DNA from: the human T2T-CHM13v2.0 reference genome, Homo sapiens
Assembly: GCF_009914755.1 (NCBI RefSeq)
Contig: NC_060938.1
Length of the DNA: 64,000 nt
Reading direction: 5' to 3' (one strand)
Shown here: one piece after another, positions 1-17,089 of the stretch
Layout of the letters: each line of letters starts with the position of its first letter
Numbering within the stretch: the first letter of the stretch is position 1
Position numbers and translations under genes: made by a program
The notes under the pieces: generated by a model
Seen by the model: only the letters and a program-made list of their open reading frames with translations
Database searches by the model: none
What the model was told of the DNA's origin: nothing

Positions 1-400
1 TTTCAGTTAATGTCTGTTTTATCAGAGACTAGGATTGCAAACCCTGCTCTTTTTTGCTTTCCATTTGCTTGGTAAATATTCCTCCATCCCTTTATTTTAA
101 GCCTATGTGTGTCTTTGCACATGAGATGGGTCTCCTGAATACAGGACAACAATGGGTCTTTACTCTTTATCCAACTTGCCAGTCTGTGTCTTTTAACTGG
201 GGCATTTAGCCCATTTACATTTAAATTTAGTATTGTTACATGTGAAATTTATCCTGTCATGATGTTGCTAGCTTTTTATTTTTCCCATTAGTTTGCAGTT
301 TCTTTATAGTGTCAATGGTCTTTACAATTTGATATGTTTTTGTAGTGGCTGGTACTGGTTTTTCCTTTCTACGTTTAGTGTCTCCTTCAGGAGCTCTTGT
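1..400 (-). mobile_element. L1 (L1P) fragment, ORF1/ORF2-endonuclease region, antisense
   Basis: atcagagactaggattgcaacccctgct...cctatgtgtgtctttgcacatgagatgggtctcctgaata is the reverse complement of the L1 ORF2 5' region. Confidence 0.85.
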
Positions 401-584
401 AACACAAGAATGTGGATTTATTTCTTGTAAGGTAAATATGTGGATTTATTTCTTGGGACTGTATTCTATGGCCTTTACCCCAAGAATCATTACTTTTTAA
501 AATGCAATTCAAATTAGCATAAAACATTTACAGCCTATGGAAAGGCTTGTGGCATTAGAATCCTTATTTATAGGATTATTTTGT

Positions 585-888
585 GTTTTTTTGAGATATG
601 GTCTTTGTCATCGAGGCAGAAGTGCCGTGGTTTGATCATAATTCACCACAGCCCTGAACTCTTGAGTCCAAGCCATCCTTTTGCCTTAATCTCCCAACCA
701 GTTGGATCTACAAGCATAAGGCATCATGCGTGGCTAATTTTTTCACGTTTTTTTTTTTTTTTTTTTTTTTTTTTGTCGAGATTATGGTATCACTATGTTG
801 CTCTGGCTGATCTCAAATGTTTGACCTCAAGGGATCTTTCTGCCACAGTCTCCTAAAGTGCTAGGATTATATGCATGATACACCATGC
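585..888 (-). mobile_element. Old Alu (AluJ-like), antisense
   Basis: Two diverged Alu arms with a central T-tract; ends ctcctaaagtgctaggattatatgcatgatacaccatgcc. Confidence 0.8.
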
Positions 889-1336
889 CTATTGTAGAGT
901 ATTACATTATTTTCAAAGTCTTATTGTAAGAGCCATTTATTGCCTTTGGCCTAAATAACTCAATATAATATCTCTGAAACTTTTTTTTGACAAGTTTTGG
1001 GGCATGATGATGAGAGAAGGGGGTTTGAAACTTTCTAATAAGAGTTAACTTAGAGCCATTTAAGAAAGGAAAAAACACAAATTATCAGAAAAACAACAGT
1101 AAGATCAAGTGCAAAAGTTCTGTGGCAAAGATGATGAGAGTAAAGAATATATGTTTGTGACTCATGGTGGCTTTTACTTTGTTCTTGAATTTCTGAGTAC
1201 GGGTTAACATTTAAAGAATCTACATTATAGATAACATTTTATTGCAAGTAAATGTATTTCAAAATTTGTTATTGGTTTTGTATGCGATTATTCTCAGCCT
1301 ACTTCATTATCAAGCTATATTATTTTATTAATGTAG

Positions 1337-1616
1337 TTCGATGATCTTACAGCAAAGCTGAAAGCTGTATCTTCAAAATATGTCTATTTGACTAAAAAGT
1401 TATTCAACAGGAGTTATTATCTATAAAAAAATACAACAGGAATATAAAAAACTTGAAGAGGATAAAAAGATGTTGGAAAAAGTAATATTAAATCTTAAAA
1501 AACATATGGAAACTACACAATGGTGAAGACACATTGGTGAAGTACAAAAATATAAATTGGATCTAGAAGAAAGGGCAATGCAGGCAATAGAAAAATTAGT
1601 AGAAATCCCTTTAAAG
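1337..1616 (+). pseudogene. Orphan pseudo-exon of the ANKRD18/ANKRD20/ANKRD26 (CCDC144-like coiled-coil) family
   Basis: Bounded by tgtag| and |gttagt. Translates with frameshifts as FDDLTAKLKAVSSKYVYL..QQELLSIK..IQQEYKKLEEDKKMLEKVILNLKKHME..GEVQKYKLDLEERAMQAIEKLVEIPLK, resembling the recalled ANKRD18A exon FDDLMAEKEAVSSKCVNL..ERAMQAIEKLEEIHLQ. Confidence 0.8.
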
Positions 1617-1879
1617 GTTAGTTTGTAAAATCAGGTAAGTTTATTTATAATTTGCTTTCATTTATTTCACTGCAAATTATATTTTGGATATGTATATATA
1701 TTGTGCTTCCTCTGCCTGTCTTACAGCAATTTGCCTTGCAGAGTTCTAGGAAAAAGGTGGCATGTGTTTTTACTTTCAAATATTTAAATTTCCATCATTA
1801 TAACAAAATCAATTTTTCAGAGTAATGATTCTCACTGTGGAGTCATTTGATTATTAAGACCCGTTGGCATAAGATTACA

Positions 1880-2345
1880 TCCTCTGACTATAAAAATCCT
1901 GGAAGAAAACCTAGGAAATATTCGTCTGGACATTGCACTTGGCAATGAATTTATGGGTAAGTCCTCAAAAGCAATTGCCAGAAAAACGAAAATTGAGAAG
2001 TGTGATTTAATTAAACTAAAGAGCTGCTTCTGCACAGCATGAGAAACTCTCAAGGGGGATTGAACAGACAGCCTACAGAGTGGAAGAAAATATTCACACA
2101 CTATGCATACAGCAAAGGCCTATTATCCAGAATCTATAAGAGACTTAGACAAATCAAGAAGCAAAAAATAACCCCATTAAAAAATGGGCAAAGAACATGA
2201 ACAGACAGTTTTCAAAAGAACACATACGTGGCCAACAAACATATTAACACATGCATACCATCACTAATCATTAGAGAATGCAAAGCAAAACATCAATTAG
2301 ATACCATCTCACACCAGTTAGAATGACTTCTGTTACAAAGTAAAA
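1880..2345 (+). mobile_element. L1 ORF2 3' fragment
   Basis: ctataaaaatcctggaagaaaacctaggaaata...agataccatctcacaccagttagaatg. Confidence 0.85.
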
Positions 2346-2492
2346 ATAATAAAAATATTTAAATATTCAATAATAAAATGTTATTTAGGTTGAGATAAAT
2401 TAATTTGTCATTATTCTCAAAACGTGGATATTCAAGAATAACCTTACTTCACATGTAATAACACAACAACTACCTTAAAAAATAAAAGCTGG

Positions 2493-2843
<351 letters not shown>

Positions 2844-4440
2844 TTAATGCACATACCATCTTTTGAAAATGTTCATTGTTTCTCTAGAGATTTCAATACC
2901 TATTCTAGCTTATTATAGTAACCTATAATTTGTATTATACCAACTATGGTATAAAAACCTTAAAATGTATATTTTTGTTTTCTCTCTCCTTTATACTATT
3001 TATGTCATGCATTATAGTCTCAAATATTATGAATTCCATAATATAAAGTTACTCTTTTTTTAAAAAAATAAGACAATTATCTTTAGAGCAATGTAAAATA
3101 ATTGGGCTATATATCTTTATATCTTCTCTGGCACTCTTTATTTCTTTGTGTAGTTTCAACTTTCATCTGCTTCCATATTCCTTTTGCCTCAAGAAATGAT
3201 TTTGACATTTATTTTAGTGCAGACCTGTTAGCAAGGGACTCTTGCAGTGTTAATCTGAAAATGTCTTCATTTCATTGTTATTTTCACTATATAGTTAATG
3301 GATGTAAGATTGGGGGTTGACTTTTTTTAAGTTATTTAAAAATTTTGTATCATTGGTTTCTGACTTGTAGAGTTGCTGACACGCAGTTCACTGTAATGGC
3401 TATTTCTGTTTATCTCTCTACACAGTGTTCCTATTTTTCTGTGACTGAATTCAAGATTTTTGCTAATCGTTGGTTTTCAGCAGTTTGACTAGTGTGATTA
3501 TTCTAGCGTTCTTTAAATTTTGTATTTATCTTTCTTGGATCTTTTTGAGTTTATTTGGTCTCCTTAGTCATCTTTTTCAAATTTTTCTTCCCTTACATTC
3601 TGTTTTTACTCTCCTGGAATTCCAATTAATTGTATTTTACTTAATTTCATGTTACCAGAGAATTCTTGGATTCACTGGAGTATTTTATTTGCTTGGCTCA
3701 TTGGTTTATTTTGTTTTTCTCTTTCCTCCCTTTGTGCTACCATTCAAATAATTTGTATTGACCTAGCATAAAATTTACTGCTTCTTTCTTTAGCTCTGAT
3801 GACCAGTCTGCTAATCAGCTTGCTGTTGTAATTCTTCATTTCTGTTCTCATGCTTTCACTTATTTCTAGCTTTTGCCTTTTACTGTTCCCATCTCTGCTG
3901 AAATTCCTCATTTTTCCATACATGTTGTCTTTTTTTAAGTAGATTCTTTAACATTTTGATCATTATTATTTTAAATTAGTTGCATTTAGTTCCAACATCT
4001 GAATTATCTCTGAATTTGATTCTGTTGACTTTTTATCTTTTGAAAATATTATAACTCATAACCCAAATTTCTAACTTGGTTTTATGTGTCTCCCAGTTTC
4101 TAAAAAATGCAAATCATCAGATGTAGAAAATCAGTAGATCATGAGATAATTGTTTATGTTGAGATTGTTTTATATTTATGTTTCATTTTGGTTTGTGTCA
4201 TGCTATTAGTGTGGGCAGGAACAAAGGTTGGTTTTTGCCACGGTGTCTGAAACATTCAGTGAACCACGTAACTCAGATTTCTCCAGCAGCAGGCTGCTAT
4301 ATCATGTGCCTTGTGTGGGGCCTTAGGCTCTGGAGGGCATATTCCAGTGCTCCTGTTCCAGTTATCTTTCCATAGTCCTTACCACATATGTCATAGGAGG
4401 GTCTCTCTCCACTTTCTTGTTCCTCTCTAACTGTAGAACA

Positions 4441-4446
<6 letters not shown>

Positions 4447-4492
<46 letters not shown>
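4447..4492 (+). repeat. (TG)n microsatellite
   Basis: Perfect TG run. Confidence 0.95.
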
Positions 4493-4493
<1 letters not shown>

Positions 4494-6299
4494 CTAGGCA
4501 GAAAATTCAGGTTGGGGGCAGAGGGATGATTCATGTTATTTTTGAGCCAGTTTCATCATTGGACACTCAGAGAAGGGGTATTTTTAGCACTTCCTGACTC
4601 TTATTCTAGTGGGAATCAAACTGTCTCATATCTGTGTTGTTTTTTGAGGAAGAAATGATACCTTGCCCTCCTCCCACCTCAGTGGTAGAAAACCTTTGAT
4701 TTATATCATTGCAAGTTTTCAACCCCACACTAAGGACATACTATTTTATTTCTTCTTCCATAGGAACAATGCACCTTTGTCTGTGTCACTGGATGGAGAT
4801 TTTCCAACCCTTTACCACAGTAGCACAACTCTGCATTAGTGCAAAATCCTGGGCCCCAAAACAATCCTTGTTCCTCTCCTGATGGAGAAGTATTTTTCTT
4901 GCATCCCTCCCCCAGAAGCAGTGATCCTTTGCCTGGTCTCAGGTGGGATAGGGTAGGCTATGAGAGGTTTCTTAACCTTCTCGGAAAGCTGATGTGTTTT
5001 GCTGCTTCTTATCTCCCAGAAACAGTAGACTTTTGCGTGGGTTCATGGACCCAGATGCTTTTTTGCCACAGAAAACGAAGGGTTTTGATTCTTAGGAGAG
5101 AAGCAAATGTTCATGTAGTCAATTTTTTTCTTATTTATTTTTTGCTTTGTTTTATTATTTCAGTAGTGATGAGTATGATCATTATTTTCCACTTATGCCA
5201 CTTGCAACTCTAATATTTTGTTTTTATTAGCCCCCCTTTGACAGTTCAGCACTAAATCAAATGCAGATGATCATCAGTTGTGTGAATAAAGTGTTTTTAT
5301 TGAGAACAAAATTGTTGATATAGACACAAATTAGGATATTATCCTACTTAGCACAATATGTCACTGGCTCAAAATGTAAAATCCTCTTTAGGCTGAACAA
5401 AGAATGGTTCTTAAAACTATTGTCCCTTTTTGACAAATAAAAAAAATCCCAATGCTTTTTATCTCATGGATAGATTATTAAAATAATTACATACCTGATC
5501 TTCATTTTATGTTCTCTCTCTTCAAGATATTTCCTTCAAAACTACTTTGACTGATTAGTCTCTTTTGAATTACGTTAGACTTTGTATTTTCTCCACAAGC
5601 TCATCAGGGTAAATCCTGCCTTTACATTTTTTATAAAAATTCTCTTTTTTTTTTTTCAAATCTTAGTTGAGCTGAAAGATTTCCACCAAATGTCTCCTAT
5701 GCCACAAAGCCTTATTTTACTTATCTGCCCATCCTCCTTGCTCAAGCTCATTTAGGAATATTTTTATTAAAACATTAATGCAATACTGTTTTTTAAAAAA
5801 TCTGAACATACAGTATTTTCAATTTGAACACAAAATAGTGCTCTAACTTGAAAACAAGTTTTAGAAACAAATGTTTCTAGAAGGAGGATCAACAGTGTCA
5901 TAAGTATCATAATCCAATTCTCCTGTTTGTACTAAAACATTAGCAAATATTTATTGAGAAATTGCTGTCTGCCTGAAAGTATAATGCTTTTGATACACAT
6001 TATATCATATAAACTATGTACTATTATTAGTAGTATCTTAAGAGTAAAAATATCGAGTCTTAGAGATGTTAAGCAATGTGCTCAAATAGCATAGGGAAAG
6101 TTGGAATTCTGAAATTCCGACTATGCCTTAGGTATGATAGGAGAATCAATGTTTGTCAAATGTAAGTGTCAAGTCATTGTGGGGATTCAGATGCCTCTGA
6201 TTGCTAGGGTCAGTACACTTAAGCAGATCATGTCACTACTTAGTTAAATCTATTTCATTAAAGCAAAATTCCACAAAGATTATTGGCACCAAAACCATT

Positions 6300-6370
6300 A
6301 TTTTTCTTCCTCCCTTCCTTCTTTCCTTCTTTGCTTCCTTCCTTCCTTCCTCGCTCTCTCACCTGCCTGC

Positions 6371-6428
<58 letters not shown>

Positions 6429-6550
6429 CTTTCTTTTTCTTTCTTTTTCTTTCTCTTTCTTTCCTTTTCTTTCTTTCTTTCTTTCTTTTTCCTTCCTTTC
6501 TTTCTCTTCCTTCCTTCCTTCCTTCCTTCCTTCCTTCCTTCCTTCCTTCT
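6300..6550 (+). repeat. (TTTC)n/(TTCC)n pyrimidine microsatellite, the expanded tail of the adjacent Alu
   Basis: Direct reading; abuts the antisense Alu at 6551. Confidence 0.95.
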
Positions 6551-6836
6551 TTCGAGACAGGGTCTCAGTCTGTTACCCAAGCTGGAGTACAGTGGCACAA
6601 TCATGGCTTACTGCAGCCCCAGCTTCCCCAGGCTCAGGTGATCCTCCCGTCTCATCCTCCTGAGTAGCTGGGACTACAGGCAAGCCACTATGCCTGGCTA
6701 ATTTTTTTTTTTTTTTTGGTAAAGATTGGGTTTCACCATGTTGCCGAGCCTGGTCTGCAACTCCTCAGCTCAAGCAATCCACTTGCCTTTGCCTCCCAAA
6801 CTATTGGGATTCCAGGTGTAAGCCTCACGCCTGGAC
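6551..6836 (-). mobile_element. AluJ, antisense
   Basis: gagacagggtctcagtctgttacccaagctggagtacagtggcacaatcatggc... Confidence 0.9.
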
Positions 6837-8309
6837 AAAAATATTATTTAACAAGTTCAATTTAAGTATTAGATTTTGGACAATGAGGGATAGAATTTTC
6901 TACATCATAATTCATCTTGTGTTCTTTATTTAAAGTAATACATAAGGATTTCAATTCAATTCAAATATATTTATTAGCAAATTAAATGGCTTTTTCAGGA
7001 TTCCAAACTTTTGTTGAAGACATAAATGTTAAATGATGTCACTAATTTTAATTAGATTAACAAAAAGGTATTCTGGTGTGTAATAACAGTGACAGAATGG
7101 GCTATTAATTTTATTTTCTTCCTCTTTCTCTCTTTCCCCTTTTTAAAATATTTTACTTTTTAGGCGCTTTGGAATCCTGCAGATATAATAATGATAATTA
7201 AACAAAACACTCAGAGAAACTGCCAACCCTAGGATGAAGTATATTGTTACTGTGCTTTGGGATTAAAATAAGTAACTACAGTTTATAGAACTTTTATACT
7301 GATACACAGACACTAAAAAGGGAAAGGGTTTAGATGAGAAGCTCTGCTGTGCAATCAAGAATCTCAGCCACTCATTTCTGTAGGGGCTGCAGGAGCTCCC
7401 TGTAAAGAGAGGTTATGGAGTCTGTAGCTTCAGGTAAGATACTTAAAACCCTTCAGAGTTTCCCCATTTTTTCCCATAGTTTCCCCAAAAAGGTTATGAC
7501 ACTTTATAAGAATGCTTCACTTGTGAAAAACAAATATCAAAGTCTTCTTGTAGATTATATTTAAGGACAAATCTTTATTCCATGTTTAATTTATTTAGCT
7601 TCCCCTGTAGCTAATATTTCATGCTGAACACATTTTAAATGCTGTAAATGTAGATAATATAATTTATGTATCATTAATGCCTCTTTAGTAGTTTAGAGAA
7701 AACGTCAAAAGAAATGGCCCCAGAATAAGCTTCTTGATTTGTAAAATTCTATGTCATTGGCTCAAATTTGTATAGTATCTCAAAATATAAATATATAGAC
7801 ATCTCAGATAATATATTTGAAATAGCAAATTCCTGTTAGAAAATAATAGTACTTAACTAGATGAGAATAACAGGTCGCCATTATTTGAATTGTCTCCTAT
7901 TCGTTTTTCATTTGTTGTGTTACTCATGTTTTACTTATGGGGGATATATATAACTTCCGCTGTTTTCAGAATTATTGTATGCAGTCAGTATGAGAATGCA
8001 ATTTAAGTTTCCTTGATGCTTTTTCACACTTCTATTACTAGAAATAAGAATACAGTAATATTGGCAAAGAAAATTGACCAGTTCAATAAAATTTTTTAGT
8101 AAATCTGATTGAAAATAAACATTGCTTATGGCTTTCTTACATCAATATTGTTATGTCCTAGACACCTTATCTGAAATTACGGCTTCAAAATTCTAATTAT
8201 GTGCAAATGTGTAAAATATCAATACTTTATGTTCAAGCTGGGGCCTCTTCAGGCGTCCTGGGCTGAGAGAGAAAGATGCTAGCTCCGCAAGCCGGGGAGG
8301 GAACACCGC

Positions 8310-9238
<929 letters not shown>

Positions 9239-9239
9239 C

Positions 9240-11345
<2,106 letters not shown>

Positions 11346-12349
11346 TCAGTGTCTGACTTGGGAAGCCACCTCTGAAGGAACTGCTGGGTGACTATGGTCG
11401 TAAGTCAATCAAAGCAGACTTTCCCTGGCTTGCTGCGCTACATTGATTTTGTTTTCGTATTTTAAAAGAAGCAGAAGGGAGGTCCTAGGAAATTTGCCCA
11501 GTGCAGATGCTGACAAGAGTGGTGACATGAAAAAGATTACCCAGAAGGAAAACAAGAGCTATTTTCTAAACATCTGAAATCTGTGTAGGCTTTTGGAAAA
11601 GTGAAACTAGATGCAAAGCACAATGATGTAATTCTGGCAATTTCCACTGACACAGAACTCAGTCAATCTGAATTAATCTAAGGGTTACAAGGAAAATGGC
11701 ACTCCAAGAAGTACCTATTAACATCACTCAGCTGCTGTGAAATAGGCTTACAGGCAACATGGAGTGTCAATTATCCAGTGTTTAAAGTCAGTGATACAGA
11801 TTGGACTAACATATCTAAGGCTCATAAAGTCTTCTTTAAAGGATTGACAGATGGTTTATCTGATATGTAGACCATGATTCTCAGCAGTTAACTAGCACAA
11901 CTTGCTAATATCAATTGCTTGAGAAAATCAGATAATTGCTTGAGAAAATTAGGACATTGCTTTGAGGAAGTTAGGTAATTAAATAAATTACTTTTTTTTA
12001 AGGATAGTTTAATATTTTGGCAAGTAGACTTTAAAGTAGATTGGTAATATTTTAAAGGCTACTTTTAAAGAAATAGCAATATAACATTTAATTATAAAAA
12101 TAATGTTGGAAACAATTCAACTTTCTATCACAGATAATTTCACAAATATAGAAATACCATCTCAATAATTAGAAGATGTAGCAGCAATTTCTGTCATTTT
12201 TATGCAAGTTACTCCTAGTCCATTTATTTGGTTTTAAATAGTGTTTTTAAAATTTGTTTTCCAACAGGGCTAATCATAAATAATAGAATATATTTTACAA
12301 TAGTTGAAGGTAACAAAAAGTAAGTGCCATTTAAAAAATTGTATTAGAT

Positions 12350-13955
12350 TGTTTAAAAATGTTGTGGGTACATAGTATGTGTATGTATCTGTGGGGTCCA
12401 TGAGATGTTTTGATACAGGCATGCAATGTGAAATAAGCACATCATGGGGAATAGGGTATCCCTCCCCTCAAGCATTTATCCTTCAAGTTATAAAAAATTC
12501 AATTACAGTCTTAGTTATTTCAAAATGTACAATTAAATTATTATTGAATATAGTCACCCTATTGTGCTATCAAATAGTAGGTCTTATTAACTCTCTATTT
12601 TTATACCCATTAGCCATCCCCACCTTCCCACAACACCCCCTGCCGCTACCTTTCCCAGCCTCTGATAACCATCCTTATACTCTCTGTGTCCATGAGTTTG
12701 TTTTGATTTTAGATTCCACAAATTAGTGAGAACATGTGACATTTGTCTTTCTGTGCCTGGTTTATTTCACTTAACATAATGATCCATAATGTTCCATCAA
12801 TGTTACTGACAATGACTGGATCTTATTCTTTGTTATGGCTGAATAGTCGTCCGTTGTGTATATGTACCACATTTTCTTTATCCATTCATCTGTTGATGGA
12901 CACTAAGGTTTCTTCCAAATCTTAGCGTTGTAAACAGTGCTGCAACAAATACGGGAGTGCAGATATGTATTTGACATACTGATTTCCTTTATTTTTGGTA
13001 TACACCCAGCAGTAAGATTGCTAGATCATATGGTAGCTCCACTTTTAGTTTATTGAGAAACATCCAAACTGTTCACCTTAGTGGTTTTACTAATTTGCAT
13101 TCCCAGGAGCAGTGTACAAGAGTTCCCTTTTCTCTGCATCCCTGCTAGCATTTGTTATTGCCCGTCTTTTGCATACAAGTCATATAAACTGTGGTGAGAT
13201 GATATCTTGTTGTAGTTTTGATTTAAATTTCTCTGATGATCGGTGATATTGAGCACTTTTCTTATACCTATTTGCCATTTGTAGGTCTTCTTTTGAGAAA
13301 TACCTATTCAAATCTTTTGCCCCCCTTTTTTTAGCTAGGTTATTAGATTGTTTCCTAAAGAGTTGTTTGAGTTTTCTATATATTCTGATTATTAATCCTT
13401 GTCAGATGAGTAGTTTGCAAATATTTTCTCCCATTCTGTGGATTGTCTCTTAACTTTGTTGATTGTATCATTTTCTGTGCAGAAGCTTTTTAACTTAATG
13501 TGATCCATTTGTCCATTTTTGCTTTGGTTGCCTGTGCTTGTGGGGTATTGCTCAAGATATTTTTGCCCAGACCAATGTCCTGGAGGTGTTCCCCAAAGTT
13601 TTTCTGTACTAGTTTTATAGTTCGAGGTCTTGGCTTTACATCTTTAAACAACTTTGATTTTACTTTTGTATTTGGTGATAGATACTAGTCTGTTTTCATT
13701 CTTCTGCATATGGATATCCAGTTTTTTCAATACCATTTCCCACCAGTGTATGTTCTTGGCACCTTTGTCAAAAATGAGTTCACTGTAGGTACATTTGTAC
13801 ATTTGTTACTGGGTTCTCTATTCTGTTCCATTGATCTATGGGTCTATTTTTATGCCAGTACCATACTCTTTTGGTTGCTATAATTCTGTGGTATAATATG
13901 AAGTCAGAAAATATAATTCCTCCAGTTTTATTTATTTATTTATTTTTGCTTAGGA
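12350..13955 (-). mobile_element. L1MA (L1MA1-like) 3' portion, antisense
   Basis: gtgggtacatagt...gagatgttttgatacaggcatgcaatgtgaaataagcacatcatgg marks the L1MA 3' end; continues into antisense ORF2. Confidence 0.85.
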
Positions 13956-14109
13956 TAGTATTATTTCTTATAGTGAAAGCATTCTATGTTATTTATTATT
14001 AGTCTAATTTTGTAGTTTTACAATGCTATCCTCTTTTACAAAGCTATGATCAACTCAGTGTGTCCAGATCAGGATCATTTGTAGCTATTTGCAAAAGTAG
14101 CAATATTCT

Positions 14110-14407
14110 GGCTGGGCATGGTGGCTCATGCTTATATTCCCAGCACTTTGGGAGGCCAAGACAGGCAGATCACCTGAGGTCAGAGGTTCAAGACCAGCCT
14201 GGTCAACATGGTGAAACCCTGTCTCCAATAAAAATACAAAAATTAGCCGGGGATGATGGCAGATGCCTGTAATCCCAGCTACTCAGGAGGCTGAGGCAGG
14301 AAACTCACTTGAACCCGGGAGGTGGAGGTTGCAGTGAGCCCAGAATGTGTCATTGCATTCCAGCCTGGGTAACCAAGCGCGACTCTGTCTCAAAAAAGAA
14401 AAAAAAA
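14110..14407 (+). mobile_element. AluS
   Basis: Dimeric Alu with A tail. Confidence 0.9.
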
Positions 14408-17089
14408 GCAATATACTGTGTAATCGTTGACAGCATAATTCACTATTATGTAGATCGGAGAGCAGAGGATTCTGAATGCATGAACATATCATTAACATTT
14501 CAATACATTACTCATAATTACTGATGAACTAAAGAGAAACCAAGAAATCATGGTGATAGTTATATTGACCTGGAGAAATGTAGACACAAAAGAACCGTAA
14601 GATGAGAAATGTGTTAACACAGTCTATAAGGGCATGCAAGAATAAAAATAGGGGAGAAAACAGGAGAGTTTTTCAAGAGCTTTCTGGTCATGTAAGTCAA
14701 CTTGTATCGGTTAATTTTTAAAAGGTTTATTTACATGCAATAAACTGCACATACTTCAATTGTACATTTTGGTAATTCTTGGCATTTGTAGCTCTATAAA
14801 ACCAGCAACATATTAAAATAGCAAACATATCCATTACCTTTACCACCAAAGTTTTCTTGTGTTTTTTCTACTCACTTTTTCCTGCCTATCCCCCCATCTC
14901 TTCCACAGGTAACCACTGATCCACTTCCAGTCACTATCCATGAGTTTTTATTTCCAAATACATGAAATCATATGGTATGTATACTTTCTGATCACTCAGC
15001 ATCACTATTTTTGAGATTAATTCATGTTGCTACATCTATCAATTGTTCTGTTCTTACTAGGGAGTATTATTTCATTATATACGTATGCCATAGTAAGTTT
15101 ATAAGTCACAAATTCACCTGCCATGGACATTTGGAATGTTTTCAGGTTTTGGCTGTTGCAAGTAAAGCTGCTATGAAGATTCATGTAAAATCCTCTGAAT
15201 GGGCATATGCTCTTAGTTTTCATCTCTAATAGAAGTGGAATAGACAGCTATCATGTCTGTAATATGCAAACACAAAGGCTGACAAAACTGATTTTTAAAG
15301 TGGAAACTCCACTGGATAACCTTGACTCCAGCCTGGCTTTTGAGAGTATCTCCTATGTTTGTGCAATGATTGGTCCTGGGGTAGCCACATGACCCAAGGA
15401 GGACCATGTTTAAACTTCTGAGTTTTCATCGAGATTAACATGCATTTGTTGAAAGAGAAAGCCCTTTTTTTCTAATCCCCCAGCTGCAAATGCTTTCAGG
15501 GATCACATCTTGTTGGAACATTTGGTTACAGTGTTTCCTAAACTTCGAGGGTAAAAATTGTTCAAGTAGGTAAAAATGGAGCAAATACAAAGAAAAAAGG
15601 AGTCCAGAAACATCAAATAAAAAAGAAAGGGCCTCCATAAAATCATTTGAACTTATGATTAATTCATCAGTCATTAAAACAAGTTTAATGTACAAAGAGT
15701 CATCCCCCCAACCACCCTTTATTCCTTCACCAAGTTTAAGTTACATTTTTTTAACTTGCAAACAAAAGATTTGTCATTAACTTAGACATCAAAACTCCTT
15801 GTCTCCAAGAGCAGTCATTCAACTCTGTCCCTCTCATTGTTACAATAATATGTTCACTTCATTCTGCATACACCTGCTCTTTGCCCTTGTCTCCCTATTC
15901 TATTCTATTAAAGTTACATCCAGACATTTATTTCATTTTGTATCAAAGAAACTGTATACATGTTTTTAATCTTAGAAAAATTTCTGAGTAATTTTTTGTC
16001 TCATATTTGATTTTAAGCCACCCAAGAAGCATTATTTTTTCATTTAGTATTTTAACTTTTCTAACCCAGGACTTTTATAGTAGATATTATGTCTTTTTCT
16101 AAATGCTCTGCTTCAATTTACATTTTAAATCTAAATTTTAAAAAGTGTACGTTTTCAATATTTGCATCATGTATCTCAGGCCTAAATATCCCTTGATAAC
16201 CAATCCTGCCTTTTTTTCTCTGCATTTTTCACATATTTCAATAGGGAGCTATATCGCCTGACACAATAAAAGTTTTTGCCAATATAACATAACACATAGG
16301 CAAAATTTTGTTTCCAAGTGATTGATGATGTGGTGCCTTCAGTCTAGTCCCAATCCCTCAATGTAATCATCATCCCTATCTAATGAAATATGAAATAAAT
16401 ATTTCACTTTGTTTCTAAAATTCAGCAGACAAATATATAGCCTGTCACATACAGCCTGTAACACCAACATATAAAAATGAAAGCAGTTCCTTCTCCACTC
16501 CCACTGCTTCACTTGACTAGCCTTGAAAAATAATAACAATAATAAAAAATGAAAGCAAAATTGTTCCTTTATTTATCTTTGCAATTTAATGGATATACTG
16601 TCAGAAAAGCTCTTCTATATATATGGAGGGCCTCTATAAAATATAGACTCTTAACTAGAAAAGTAGACTTACATGATGGTTAAATTAAAAACACAATTAT
16701 ATATAGTACCTTCACAAATGCACCAGTACTTATTTCAGAATGCATGATGTAATTGACTAAACCATTTAGGGCTAGACCTCTGAAATAAAAGGCATTCACA
16801 CTTTGTGATTCTAAGGGGAAAATATTATTCAAAATAGAAGCATGCAGAACCTTTACCTGATCATGATAAAAAAATTTTCCTACTTGTTGTGAATATGCCA
16901 CAGCTTTTCAAGGTCAGCAAAAAGAGATTATCCCACAATATAAGCTGATGGCCAAAATTATCTGCCTTACTTTAGTTACCATAATATCTATTAAGTGTAA
17001 ATTTCTTCTGAAAGAAAACAGATACATTTTTCTCAGAAATGTCTTTAGATGAAGATCTAGCACATCTGTTTTTCTAACTTTTGAAAATT

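Noticed and set aside
6201-6663. Phe/Ser/Leu-rich and Lys/Arg-rich ORFs
   Set aside because: Translations of a (TTTC)n/(TTCC)n microsatellite plus Alu
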